Of a stretch of 64,000 nucleotides of DNA, positions 22,433 to 35,100 are shown piece after piece; position 1 is the first letter of the stretch; every line of letters starts with the position of its first letter. The position numbers were made by a program, and so were the translations under genes. Origin of the DNA: Mobula hypostoma (Eukaryota); the NCBI RefSeq assembly GCF_963921235.1, contig NC_086107.1:93684001-93748000 (forward strand), given 5' to 3'. The notes beneath the pieces are model-generated. The model did not search any database and was not told the DNA's origin. It saw only the letters and a list, made by a program, of their open reading frames with translations.

Positions 22433-23069
22433 CAGCTATAGGCAGGATGTCATTAAAACGGAAAGATTGCTGTGGATGCAGGCAAGCAATAAGGTACCAG
22501 GCCATGACAAGATAGGTTGGGAGGTCAGGAATCCATCTCATTGTCTTGGGGCCTGTTTTATAGTCATAGGACTGTTTTATAGGATAGAAGACATGCTTGA
22601 GCCTGGTGGTATGTGAATTCATTAAATACTTAATCTACAGTAACGTAATTCTTTATGTCAGGGATGTTACTTTACTGCCAGTGGCCTGGGTTCAGTTTTG
22701 CTGCTGTTTGCGAGGAGTTTGCACGTTCTCTGCGTGACCACATGCATTTCCTCTGGGTGCTCTAGTTTCCTCATACAGCGCAAAGTTTTATGGGGCAGTA
22801 AGCTAATCGGACACATGGGTGTAATTGGGTGGAAGGGTCTGTAACTGTGCTCTACCATTTAAAGATAATCGAAAATGAATAAGTGATCCTCGACTGAAGC
22901 AAAGCTGCACTACGTGGAGGTAAGCCAACGTCTCATTAGTCCTCACAGATGGATGCTACAGTTCCCTTTGCAGCCTACTTCAAGGAGAGAAGTGGAAATT
23001 CTCCAGTGAAGGGAGAGCAAAGAACCACAGCACAAGTAAAGCGGGGGAGAAAAAAGGTTTTTAGGAATG

Positions 23070-23505
23070 GTGGTGCCACTGCAAGGAATCCGAGAAAACT
23101 GCAGGGCTTTGCAAACTCACCCAGCTCCATCGTGGGCTCCTGCTCACCTTCAAGGACATTCTTCAAAGGGCGGTGCCTCAAAAAGGCAGCATCCATCATG
23201 AAGGACCCTCACCCTCCAGGACATGCCTTCTTCTCATTGCCACTATCAGAGAGGAGGTACAGGAACCTGAAGAATGTTTTAGAACCAGCCTCTTCCCTCC
23301 ACTGTCAGATTTCTGAATGGTCCACGAGCCCATGAACACTATCTCACTATTTTGCCCTCTTTCCACACAATTTATTTATTTAAATATATGCTGTATATCC
23401 GATTGTAACTTAGAGTGATTTTTGCCGTTCAGAATTTCACCATATTACCGTCAGAAAGCAGCACATTTCACGATATATATCAGTGATAATAAAGCTGATT
23501 CTGAA
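23070..23505 (+). mobile_element. Rex1/Babar 3' fragment
   Basis: RCLKKAASIMKDPHPPGHAFFSLPLSERRYR and a gattctga tail. Confidence 0.85.
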
Positions 23506-23635
23506 TCTGCTGCAAATGTTCAGCAGGTCAGACTGTCTTAATGGAGAGAGGAACCATTTCTCTCCACAGATGTGCACTGATTTGCTAAGGATTTCCATTA
23601 AAATCTATCGTTATTCAAATGACCCCAGTGTCCTG

Positions 23636-24198
23636 GAGTATTGTGTGCAGTTTTGGTCCCCTAATCTGAGGAAAGACATTCTTGCCATAGAAGGAGTACA
23701 AAAAAGCTTCACCAGATTGAATCCTGGGATGGCAGGACTTTCATATGATGAAAGATTGGATCAACTAGGCTTATACTCTCTGAAATTTAGAAGATTGAGG
23801 GGGGAATCTTATTGAAACATATAAAATTCTAAAGGGATTGGACAGGCTAGATGCAGGAAGATTGTTCCCGATGTTGGGGAAGTCCAGAAAGAGGGTTCAC
23901 AGTTTGAAGATAAAGGAGAAGCCTTTTAGGACCGAGATGAGGAAAAACTTCTTCACACAGAGAGTGGTGAATCTGTGGAATTCTCTGCCACAGGAAACAG
24001 TTGAGGCCAGTTCATTGGCTATATTTAAGAGGGAGTTAGATATGGCCCTTGTGGCTAAAGGGATCGCGGGTATGAAGAGGAGGCAGGTACATGATTCTGA
24101 GTTGGATGATCAGCCATGATCATACTGAATGGCGGTGCAGGCTCAAAGGGCCGAATGGCCTACTCCTGCACCTATTTTCTATGTTTCTATGTTTCTAT
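23636..24198 (+). mobile_element. CR1 3' fragment with (TTTCTATG)n tail
   Basis: LEYCVQFWSPNLRKDILAIEGVQ and FRTEMRKNFFTQRVVNLWNSLP. TGTCCTG is duplicated at the flanks. Confidence 0.92.
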
Positions 24199-25002
24199 GT
24201 CCTGAACTAAATTCACACCTCACAGACAATCCTGATGTGAAAATTGATTACCATTCCATCAGTGTTGGAGGTTTAAACCGCCTACACAAGACCTCCATTG
24301 GAACTCTCTCATGGAGGACCACAGTGGCCATGGAATGTGGTCCACCAACACTTTTGTAGACACGGTTGAGGAGAGGCAATTAATTCTACTGAGGACACCC
24401 TACATTCCAATAAATGAGTTTAAAACACGAGCATTGCAAAATTTAACTACACAATATCTCACTGGCATTTATGTATTAATAATGACTGAATTTCAAGCGA
24501 AGCTGATCTTTGAGATACTGTCAAATTTGGCAGCACTTGCTTGAAGTCATTGCCCAGATCCTCACATAAAACAAGGAGGAATCCAAAAACTCCATGTTTC
24601 TCTCCAAACACCAAGCAGTTCTATTGACAAGTGCATCATTTCAAACTCTCGTTAACACAGCTCGGTAGTAATCTTCAATCTGTTCACTTGCTTCAAATCA
24701 AAGCCGTTGCCTCTGAGAAGTTTGTACGTTCCCCCCACCACTGCCCAGATTTCCACCAAGTGCTCCGGTTTCCTCCCACAGTCCAAAGAATGTATCGGCT
24801 GGCGGGTTAACTGTTCATTGTAAATTGTCCCGTGATTAGATTGGCATTAAATCGGGGAAATGCTGGGTGGCGCAGCTCGAAGGGCTAGAAGGGTTTGTGT
24901 CATTCTATATCTCAATAGATAAATATGTATTTCTCAAGTTCAAATAGATCAAAATTGTCTATTTTCTTCTTAATGCATACCTGAAGGAATCAGAACTTTG
25001 AT

Positions 25003-25435
25003 TTTACTTTACTTACTTTACTTTACTTTATTACGTTATTGTCGCCAAACAATTGATCCCTGGAGTATAAGTCGATAGTAAATATAATAAAAATTTTAAT
25101 TATAAATCATAAATAGAAAATAAAAAAGGGAAAGTAAGGTAGTGCAAAAATACCGAGAGGCAGGTCCGGATATTTGGAGGGTATGGCCCAGATCCGGGTC
25201 AGGATCTGTTCAGCAGTCTTATCACAGTTGGAAAGAAGCTGTTCCCAGATCTGGCCGTACGAGTCTTCAAGCTCCTCAGCCTTCCCCCGGAGGGAAAAGG
25301 GACGAAAAGTGTGTTGGCTGGGTGGGTCGTGTCCTTGATTATCCTGGTAGCACTGCTCCAACAGCGTGCAGTGTAAAGTGAGTCCAAGGATGAAATATTG
25401 GTTTGTGTGATGTGCTGGGCTGTACTTACGATCTT
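25003..25435 (-). mobile_element. Rex1/Babar 3' fragment with (TAAAG)n tail
   Basis: RIIKDTTHPANTLFVPFPSGGRLRSLKTRTARSGNSFFPTVIRLLN. Confidence 0.88.
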
Positions 25436-27369
25436 CGTAGAATGTAGAACAGTACAGCAGAGTATAGGCTCCTTGGCCTATGTGTTGTGCTAACCTCTTA
25501 ACCTACTCCAAGATCAATCTGGCCCTTCCACGCTACGCACCCCATAACTCTCCATTTTCCTTACATCAATGTGCCTATCCAAGGATCCTCTGAACGTCCC
25601 TCTTTTGAATCAACCTCCACCACCATCTCCAGCACTGTATTCAAAGTACCCACCACTCTCTGTTTACCGCAGCACCACTGGAGCGTAGGGGTCGACGTTG
25701 ATGGCATTACACTAACCGATACACTATCGTGCTGCTATGCTATTACACTAACTAATACGCTACCATAGCATGAGGCTATTACAGCTCGGGGCATCCGAGT
25801 CCAGAGTTCAGTTCCGGCGTCCTCCGTAAGCGAGTTTGCTCATTCTTTCCCGTGTGCGTGTGGGTTTCCTCTGGGTGTTCCATCTTCTGAAATGGACATT
25901 GAACCTGTGAACACTACCTCACTTTTTAAATATAAATTATTTCTGCTTTGCGTGATTTTTAATCTATTCAATATACGTACATTGATTTTTTTCTTCTATA
26001 TTATGTATTGTATTGAACTGCTACTGCTAAGTTAACAAATTTCACGGCACATGCCGGTGATAATAAACCTGATTCTGATTCTGAATCCTCCCACAGTCCA
26101 AAGACGTGCTGGGCAGTAGGTTGATTGGTTGCTATAAATCGCATTGTGATAAGGCTAAGGTTACTCAGTGGTTTGCTGAGCAGCACGACCCAGTGGGCCA
26201 GTATCTTTGCACTGTATCACTAAGTAAATAAATAAACCCTACTCTGGCATCTCACCTTAAACGGATGCCCTCCAGTAATTGGCATTGCCACCCTGGACAA
26301 AAGCTGCTGGCTGTCCTCTCTACCGATGCTTTTTTTCACCTTATAGACCTCGATCATGGTCCTAGCTCGCTCAACCTTTCCGCTTTAGGGTGGTCCTCTC
26401 ATCCAGGCAGCAACCTGGTAAGTTTCTTCTGCACTCTCTCAAAAGCTTCCACATCCTTCCTAGAATGAGATTGCCAGAAGCTAACACAATACTCCAAATG
26501 TGGCCTAACCAGAGTGTTATAGGGCTGTGATTACCTCACGGCTCTTGAACTCAGTCCCCCAACTAATAAAGGCCTGTTGTGAACTGTACGATATCGAATT
26601 CATCCCCCCGCTGCTGCTTGTTGCTGGTGTTTTCTGGAGAATGAAAGAAACAGGGCTTTTAAATCTTTTAGTCCCTCTCGAGGGTATAGATCTCTCCCGC
26701 TCTCCTTCAGACCGGATGGTTGTGAGTTAAAGCCTTGCTCTGAAGTTATAGAATCTCTCAGCAGTAAGACAGAGCCCTTCGGCCCAAATGGTCCATGCTG
26801 ACCAAGATGTCCATACCAGTGTTTGGCCCTCTAAATCAGGGATGCCTAACCTGGAGTCCATGGATCCCTTGTTTAGTGGCATTAGTCGAGGGCATACATA
26901 CTCTGTATAACAATAAAGCTACCTCTCAAGTTCCTCTTAAATCTCTCCCTTCTCACCTTAAAACTCTGCTCTTCTGTTCTTGATTCCCCAGTCCTGGGAA
27001 AGGAAAAAACTGAGTATGTTACCCTTTCTGTGACCTCTCTGAGGTCACCCCCTCAGTCTCTCATGCTCCATTAAAAAAGTCCCAGTCTGATCAACCTCTC
27101 CCTCTGCTTCGGTCCCCCATGACCTGGCAACACCCTTGTAATTTTTTTCTGCACAGTTTCCAATTGAGTTAAAGAACTCAACTGTTTTTTTTCTCATTTA
27201 CCGTGCAGGCAGCACGGTAGCGTGGCAGTTACAGCACCAGCGATCAGCGATCAGTGTTCAATTCCCACCACACTTCCCCTGTGACTGCATGAGTTTCCTC
27301 CGAGTGCTCCCCATCCCCCCCCACCCCCCCAGTCCAAGACATATGGGTCAGGATTCATAAGCTGTGGGC

Positions 27370-28290
27370 ACGAGACCATAAGATATAGGAGAAGAATTGG
27401 GTAATTCGGCCCATTGAGTCTGCTCTGCCATTTCATCATGGCTGATCCATTTCCCTCTCAGCCCCAAACTCCTGCCTTCTCCCCGTATCCATTCACGCTC
27501 TGACTAACCGAGAATCTATTAACCTTCCTGGTGTCCAACTACATGGTATAAGTCCTACATTGTGTCGACTGTCCAGATGCATCACCTCACACTCATCTGA
27601 ATTGAAATTCATTTGCCACTCTTCAGCCCACTTCCCTAACTGATCAAATCCCCCCTGTAATCTACAATGACCATCTTCACTGCCAAAAACACCCCCTAAT
27701 TCTGTGTAGTTCACACACTTATTGATCAGCACCGGACTTCAGAGCGAAGGCTCCCACGTTCGAATCCAAACGGCTCCCTTGCACGCTTTCCATCTGTGCT
27801 GGGTTGAGCGTCGAGCTAGCAACTCGGCCTTGTAAAAATAAGAAAGCCTGCTAAAAAACGCCGTCATTACGGCGTCCTGATGACTCCACTTGGAGTTAAG
27901 GGCTTTCTTCTTCTTCTTCTCTTCTATTTCTGTAAAGAATAACAAGGGTCCCAACACCAACCCCTGTGACACACCACTTGTCACTGAACTCCATTCCAAG
28001 AAACAATTTTCAACCTCCAGCCTCTGCTCTCTACTTCTCCACTAATTCTGAATCCATTTAACCATCTCTCCCCAGATGCCAAGGGACCAAACTTTCCCCA
28101 CCAGCCTACCATGCAACACCTCATTGAAATCTTTGGTAAAACCAGTATAGACAACATCCACTGCCTACCCTCATTTTTCCTTCTTGTTACCTCTCCAAAA
28201 ATTCCAAAGATTTGTCAAACATAACTTTCCATGCTCAAAGCCATGTTGTCTCCTTCTAATCTAACTGTCTCACCAAATGCTGGCAGATCC
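27370..28290 (-). mobile_element. CR1 fragments (RT region and 3' tail)
   Basis: SVTSGVSQGLVLGPLLF and LGKWAEEWQMNFNSDECEVMH. Confidence 0.8.
27725..27924 (+). mobile_element. tRNA-SINE with (TTC)n tail, 5'-truncated; same family as 11007-11227
   Basis: Very similar body, B box GTTCGAATCC, and tail ggagttaagggctttcttcttc. Confidence 0.85.
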
Positions 28291-28498
28291 TGGTTGGGCG
28301 TCATGGTAGAATAGCAGTTAGCACAGCATTTTTACAGCTTGATGTGTCGGAGCTCAGAGTTCAATTCCAATGTGATCTGTAAGGAGTTTATACGTCCTCC
28401 CTGTGAATGTATTTCCTCTCTTTGCTCCAGTTTCCTCCCACAGTTCAAAGACTTACATTACTAGGTTAATAGATTAATTGTAAATTATCCTGTGATTA

Positions 28499-28868
28499 TT
28501 ATTAGCATTATGTGCTATCATATGACATCATCATTATGTGTCGTGTCATATGACATCATCATTATGTGCTGTGACATATGACGTAGCTGATCATTCTCCC
28601 ATGACTACAATTGTTCTTGGAAATTTTTTACCCAGAAGTGGCTTGCCATTGCCTGCTTCTGGGCAGTGTCTTTACAAGACTGGTGATCCCAGTCATTATC
28701 AATACTCTTCGGAGATTGTCTGCCTGGTGTCAGTGGTCTCATAACCAGGACTTGTGATGTGCACCAGCTGCTCATACAACCATCTGCTCCCATGGCTTCA
28801 CGTGACCTTGATCGCAAGTACTTCACCTTGCCCCAGGGTGACCTACAGGTTAACGGAGGGGAAGAGGC
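28499..28868 (-). mobile_element. RTE-derived non-autonomous element inserted in a V-SINE (28296-28953)
   Basis: Reverse homologue of 61135-61492, containing GGCAATGGCAAGCCACTTC (BovB/RTE-type motif). TGATTA is duplicated at the flanks. Confidence 0.7.
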
Positions 28869-29004
28869 ATGATTAGGCTAGGGTTAAATCGGTGGGTTGC
28901 TGGTGGTGTTGCTCGAAAGGCCAGAAGGGCCTGTTCTATGCTGTATCTCTAAATCTACCCCTTAACACTCTCTAACAGCAACCTCCCCACCATCAGCAAC
29001 TTCA

Positions 29005-29220
29005 GAGATACTCTAACCACCCCATCTAGCACCAATAATCGTTCTACAGTCAAAGTCACTCAGTTCACATTTCTTCCCAATTCTGATGTTTGGTCTGAAC
29101 AGCAACTGAACCTCTTGACCATGTCTGCATGCTTTTATGCATTGACTTGCTGCCATATGATTGGCTAATTAGATAGTTGAATTAATGGACAGGTGTACCT
29201 GATAAAGTAGTCACTGGGTG
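29005..29220 (-). mobile_element. Tc1-family fragment (left end)
   Basis: Reverse match to the left part of the 4533 element, including the TIR gtacctgataaagtagtcactgggtg. Confidence 0.8.
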
Positions 29221-29499
29221 TTTAGCTCTTTTTACTAAGCTGTATTATCAGATAAAATTTGACTCTAGGTCATACAAGGTTGGTGGAAGAGAAGATCAAA
29301 GCTTAGTCATGAAACAAATTTTAAGAAGCTTCTTAAGGTGAGCAAGATGGTGAGACAAAGCAATGATGGGTTGTATTTCCAAAGAATAGAGAATAGTGCA
29401 GCAATGGAACAGGGCAATCAGGGACACTATGAACTGCCAAACTAATTAAACTAATGACACTTAATTAAACTGCTTCCTTCTACCTACATATGGTCCATA

Positions 29500-29990
29500 T
29501 CAGAATCAGGTTTAATATCACTGCCATATGCTGTTATGTTGTGAAATTTGTTGTTATGTGGCAGCTGTACATTGCAATACATAATAATAAAAATGTAAAT
29601 TATAGTAAGAAGTACAAGATACATTAATATTTAGTAAGTTAAATTAAATAGGTAGTGCAAAAAGAGAAAAAAAAATTGTGAGGTAGTGTTCATGGGTTCA
29701 ATGTCCATTCAGAAATCTGATGGCAGAGGGGAAGAGGCTGTCCCTGAATTATTAAGTGTGCGCATTCAGGGTTCTGAACCTCCTTCTTGATGGTAGCAAA
29801 GAGAAAAAGGCATGTCCTAGGCAATGGGGGAATGTAATGAATGCCACCTTTTTGAGGCATCGCTCCTTGAAGATATACTGGATACTGGGGAGGTTGGTGC
29901 CCATGCTGGATCTGTCTGAGTTTACAACTTCCCTCAGCTTATCCCAACGCTGTGCAATGTCTCCTCCCAAGTTAGATGGTAATGCAGCTA
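29500..29990 (-). mobile_element. Rex1/Babar 3' fragment
   Basis: LPSIQYIFKERCLKKVA...GHAFFSLLPSRRRFR. Confidence 0.85.
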
Positions 29991-31914
29991 TTTCTTCCCA
30001 TTTTCTGCTTATTCATGTGCCTACCTAAAAGCCCCTTAAACTCTCTATCTTATCTTTCTCCACCTTCACCACTGGCTGCACATTCCTGGCACCTTCTCTC
30101 TGTGTAAAAAAAACTTGCCCTCACATCTCCTTTGACCTTTTCTCACCTTAAATACATGCCCCTTTGTAGTAGCCATTTCAATCCTAAGGAAAAGATACAG
30201 ACTGTCTAATCTATGCACCTCTCTCATAACTGCATAACCTTTCCATTGTAATATCGCAAATCTATAAAACTCTGCCTGGAACTTGAGAGAAAACAGAAAC
30301 TAAACACAACTAGCATCCAAGTAAACTGCAAACAGGCAGGGAGAGTGAAAGCTGGGAGCCACTGGCTGAGGCCACCTGGTCCGATGGGTGAACAAGGACT
30401 GTGGATGACAACTGGGTTTAAATAGGCTGCAGGCGATGAACCAGCGGCAGGTGTACCCTATGAGCTGTGTGGAGGCTTGGACGCGCCTGCGTGTGATGGG
30501 AGTTGTCAGCGGGAGCAGGTCTGACAGATAGAGGTGTACAAGATGAAAAAACACATAGATCAGGTGGACAGCCAGAGACTTTTCCCGTGCAGAGGGAAAC
30601 AAAAAGTGGGCATCACTTTAAAGTGTTGGGAGGAAGGTATAGAGGGGATGTCAGAGGTTGCTTATTTTATATAGTGTGTGGGTACGGGGAATGCTCTGCC
30701 AGGGGTGGTAGTAGAGGCAAATACAGTTGGGACATTTAAGAAACTCTAGATAAGCACGTGGATGATAGAAAAATGGAGGGCTATGTAGGAGATAATGGTT
30801 AGATTGATCTCAAAGTAGGTTAAAAGGCTGGCTGAAAGAGTTATAATGTGCTGTACTGTTCTATAATCAAGGCCAGGATTAGGAAAGATCAAGGTTAGAG
30901 GCAACAACAGAAATGGGCATAAGGTGGGATGGTGCAGGAGGATGCTATACAGGGACTTAAACACCAGAACAAGTATTCTAAAGTTGATGCCACATTAAGT
31001 AGAGGCAGGAGAAGCTTACAAGAAGCAGCTGGTGAAAATTGTGTTCATCTAAGAAGCTACAATCCTTTAGTTCCACTTCTACCCACCTATGGGGAGAGGC
31101 GGAGGGGAGCTGTTGAAGATATCTGAACAAAATATCATTAAAACACATTAGTGTGAAGCCTGAGGGAGATTCAGAACATTGCTTCCTCAACCTAGACCCT
31201 GATGTGACCTTGCTCTTTCAGAGAGGTGTCAGTCTGGCAAGTTTTATATCTGCACATTTTAAACACTAACAAGATGAAAACCATTTCACACATGGCTGGA
31301 GCAGTTCCAATTCCTCGCGGACAGATAAACAATAGTTCCAGGATAATTGCAGAACCCGGAGAAGGAGGAGGAGGGGACCTCGATGGAGAGAAGGAGGGGG
31401 GAGGATTGCCAGAGAGAAAGATGATTTTGAGCGGATATGATTGCTGCCTCTCAGTAACTTTCTCTTGCAGTCTGTGAATTAGGCCAAGGTCCAGGTTGGC
31501 TAATCCCCCCAGATGAGCAATCACATTGAACCACGTCTGAAGCAGTCTTCAAAATCGGCCCAAGATCCCGTGTGACACTTAGTACAAGGACCGCACTCAC
31601 AACATTAGTCACCGTGACTGTAACAATTGAAGAAGTGAACAGGGCCAATGAAGCATCCCTGAGGAAGCATGGACGGCAAGTAGAATGGATCAGCGAGAGA
31701 TTTTCCACCTTTTAAAGTCGAGTTTATTGTCAGATGCACAAGTTGCTGTGTGCACAGGTGCAATGAGAAACCTACAATGTAAGTCGAAGGGGAAGGTTGG
31801 CTTCTTTGCATGTCGTCTATAGCCAAGGCGCAGTATGCAGAGGGACTTGGGAGTCCCGGTGCAGGATTCCTCACAAGGTTAACTTGCAGATTGAGAGAGT
31901 AGCTTTAGTTTTCA

Positions 31915-32198
31915 TTATTTATTGAGATACAGCACAGAACAGGGCCCTTCTGTCCCAGTGAGCCATGGGGCCCAGCAGCCTACCTATTTAACCCTAGCCT
32001 AATCACAGGACAATTTACTGTGACCAATTAACCTACTAACTGGTACGTCTTTAGAACATGGGAGAAAACTGGAACACCTGTAGCAGCCACAGGGAGAAGG
32101 TACAAATTCCTTACAGCCAGTGCCGGAACTGAACTCGGAACTCCAAAGTCTCGAGCTGTAATAGTGTCACTGTAACAGTTACGCTACCTTGGCGCCCT
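31915..32198 (-). mobile_element. HE1-type V-SINE inserted in CR1
   Basis: Reverse head (cgctaccttggcgccc) and CR1-type tail (gagatacagcacagaacagggcccttc). Confidence 0.8.
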
Positions 32199-32214
32199 AG
32201 TGTATGTGGTCGTA

Positions 32215-32925
32215 ATGAAAGCAAATGCAGGCTGCGTCGGTGGTAAGGAAGGCAAATGGAATGCCAGCACTCATTTCAAAAAGACTGGAATATAAAAGCA
32301 AGGATATAATGCTGAGGCTTTATAAGGTTTTGGTCAAACTGTACTTGGGAATATTGTGATCAGTTTTAGGCCCCTTACCTAGGAAGGAATGTGCTGGTAT
32401 TGGATAGGGTCCGCAGGAGGTTCACGAGAATGTCCCTGGGAATGAAAGGGTTAACATATGAGGAGCATTTCATGGCTCGGGGCTTGTACTCACTGAAGTT
32501 TCAAAGAATGGCGGGGGGATCTCATTGAAACCTATCAAATATTGAAAGGCCTATATAGAGTAGACGTTGAGAAGATGTTTCCTGTAGTGAGGGAGTCCAG
32601 GACCAGAGGGCACAACCTCAGAATACAAGGATGTCCCTTTAGAACAGAGATGAGAAATATTTTTCTTTTAGCTAGAGTGTGGTGAATCTGTGGAATTCAT
32701 TGCAACAGAAGACTGTGGAGGCCAAGTCATTGGGTATATTTAAAGAGGAGACTGATTGGTTGGTTCTTGATTAAATGTTACAATGATAAGGCAGGAGAAT
32801 TGGGTTAAGGCAGGAGAATTGGGTGGAGAGGGATAATAAATTAGCCATGATCAAATGGTGGAGCAGACTTGATGGGCCAAATGGATTAACTCTGCTCGTA
32901 TATTCTGCTCTTATGTCTTATGGTC
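32215..32925 (+). mobile_element. CR1 3' fragment
   Basis: gtggtaaggaaggcaaat...tataaggttttggtcaaactgtacttgg...gtggtgaatctgtggaattc, collinear with 52920-53580. Confidence 0.88.
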
Positions 32926-33344
32926 CCAATAACTGAAAATGCTGAGACAAAATGAATGGTCAGCTCAGTATATCAGCTGTTTGTTTTCTTCTGTAGATGC
33001 TGCCTGACTTACTGAGTTCCTTCAACATTTTGTGTGTTTTGCAGGATTAGGCTTCTTGTTGGAGTTCTCAAAGTCTTGGGCAGATACAGCACACAGAGTC
33101 TTCACTCTAATTCTCCCTCTCCTTTTCCTCCCCCCTTCCCTCTCTCTAATTCTCCCCTTCTCTGCTTTTCGCCCTTGCTCTTTCTCTCCCTCCCTTTCTC
33201 TCCCTCCCTTTCTCTCTCTCTCTCTCTCTCTGTCACACACAGTATTTATCTGTCAAATCCAAAAAACATCAACCAAAAATGTTGGTGTTGGAGACCCACG
33301 CACATGCACACACATGGTCACGCAGGGCTACAAATTGTTAATTA

Positions 33345-33999
33345 GATGAGATTAGATTAGATTATGAGGACATGCAGTCCTCTTTTATTGTCATCTAGTA
33401 ATGCATGCATTAAGAAATGATACAATGTTTTTCCAGAATGATATCACAGAAACACATGACAAACTGACTTAAAAATTAACAAAAACCACATAATTATAAC
33501 ATATAGTTACAACAGTGCAAAGCAATACCGTAATTTGATAAGAACAAACCATGGCATGGTAAAAGTCTCAAAGTCTCTCAAAAGTCCCATCATCTCACGG
33601 AGACGGTGAACCTCCAGCGCCGCAAACTTGCCGATGCAGCATCCTGGAAGCATCCGACCATAGTCCGACTCCGAGTCCATCCGAAAACTCCGAGCCTCCG
33701 ACCAGCTCTCCAACACTGAGCACTGAACACTAACTCTGCCGAGCGCTTCGACCCCAGCCCCGGTAACAGGCAATAGGCAAAGCTGAGGATTTGAGGCCTT
33801 CCCCTCCGGAGATTCTCGATCACGCAGTAGCAGCGGCAGAGAAGCGGGCATTTCAGAAGTTACTCCGGGTGTTCCTCCGTGCTTCTCACGGCTGTCTCCA
33901 TCAAATCCGGATTGTGCACGGCCCCCTAGTTAGCACATATGATATTCATTCGGAACAGCCGTGCGCGCTGCGTCGCGTCGCCATCTTCTTCTCTCTTCC
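33345..33999 (-). mobile_element. Family A retroposon, full-length copy
   Basis: In reverse: GAAGAAGATGGCGACGCGACG start, GAGGAC-TGCAT-GTCCTC hairpin, and (ATCTA)n tail. Confidence 0.82.
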
Positions 34000-34399
34000 A
34001 GCAATAATACAACATAATACTGACAATACAACATAAAAGGTGGCCATTTGGCTGCTTCCTGCTATCCCATCAATCCCAATCAGCTACTTTTCCCACCCCC
34101 ATTCTCTCTCACAAAAGCATCAACCTCTCCTTGCTGCTTTGCCACTTACCTATCTCTTTCCTACATCAGCCTTCAGGATGTGGGAAGAAACCAGAGTGCC
34201 CAGGGGCTATAGGGAGGACATGCAAACTCCACACAGACAGCCCCCAAGGTCAGGATTGAACCTGCTGCAATATTGTGCTAGATGAACACATGCCTCAGCC
34301 TTCTCATGACAACAGCTGAGACCATCAGTGAAGAAATGAATCCCTACACAAATGTTGGTGAAGGTGAAAGGTTTGAGAACACACATCAGTCCTCACTGA

Positions 34400-35100
34400 G
34401 GGATCGGCAGTAGAAAGAGTGAGCAGCTTCAAGTTCCTGGGTGTCAACCTTGCTGAAGGTCTATGCTGGGCCCAACACATTGATGCAGTAATGAAGAAGA
34501 CATGACAGCATCACAACTTCATGAGGAGTTTGAGAAGATTTGGTATGTCATTATTGGTGTCGGCAAATTTCCACAGATCTACCATGGAGAGCATTCTGAC
34601 TAGTTACATCGCAAGCTGGGACGGAGATTCCGATGCACAGAATTGGAAAAAGCTGCAGAGGGTTGTAGAGTATGCCAACTCCCTCGCGGGCATCACCCTT
34701 CCCATCAGAGGACATCGTCAGGAGGCCGTAACTCAAGAAGGTGACATCCATCACTGAAGACATTCACCATCCAGGACGTGTCCTCTGCTAGTTACTACCA
34801 TTGGGGAAGAGTTCAAAGTTCAAATTAAATTTACTGTCAAAGTACCATATACTACCTCGAGATTCATCTTCAAGGTAGGGATGAGGAGGTACAGGAGCCT
34901 CAGGAACCAGAATCAATTATCCAGGAACAGCTTTTTCCCTCTCACCATGACTTTTGAACATTCCATGAACCATGTATACTACTTCGTTCCTCCATTTTGT
35001 CTTTGTACTGTTTATTTAATATTGTAATTTATTGAATTTTGATTATCTTTACACTGTTCTCCTGCTGCAAAGCACCAAATTTCACATCAGTGAAAATTAC
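34400..35100 (+). mobile_element. Rex1/Babar 3' fragment
   Basis: MRSLRRFGMS...FHRSTMESILTSYIASWDG...KLQRVV. Confidence 0.85.

Noticed and set aside
31192..31708. Minus-strand ORFs of 110 and 85 aa as host exons
   Set aside because: No convincing minus-strand splice sites, the Pro/Ser tract is the reverse of a purine-rich run, and there is no recognisable homology.
33022..33349. ORFs rich in ER or LS repeats
   Set aside because: Translations of a CT-rich tract and (CT)n microsatellite.
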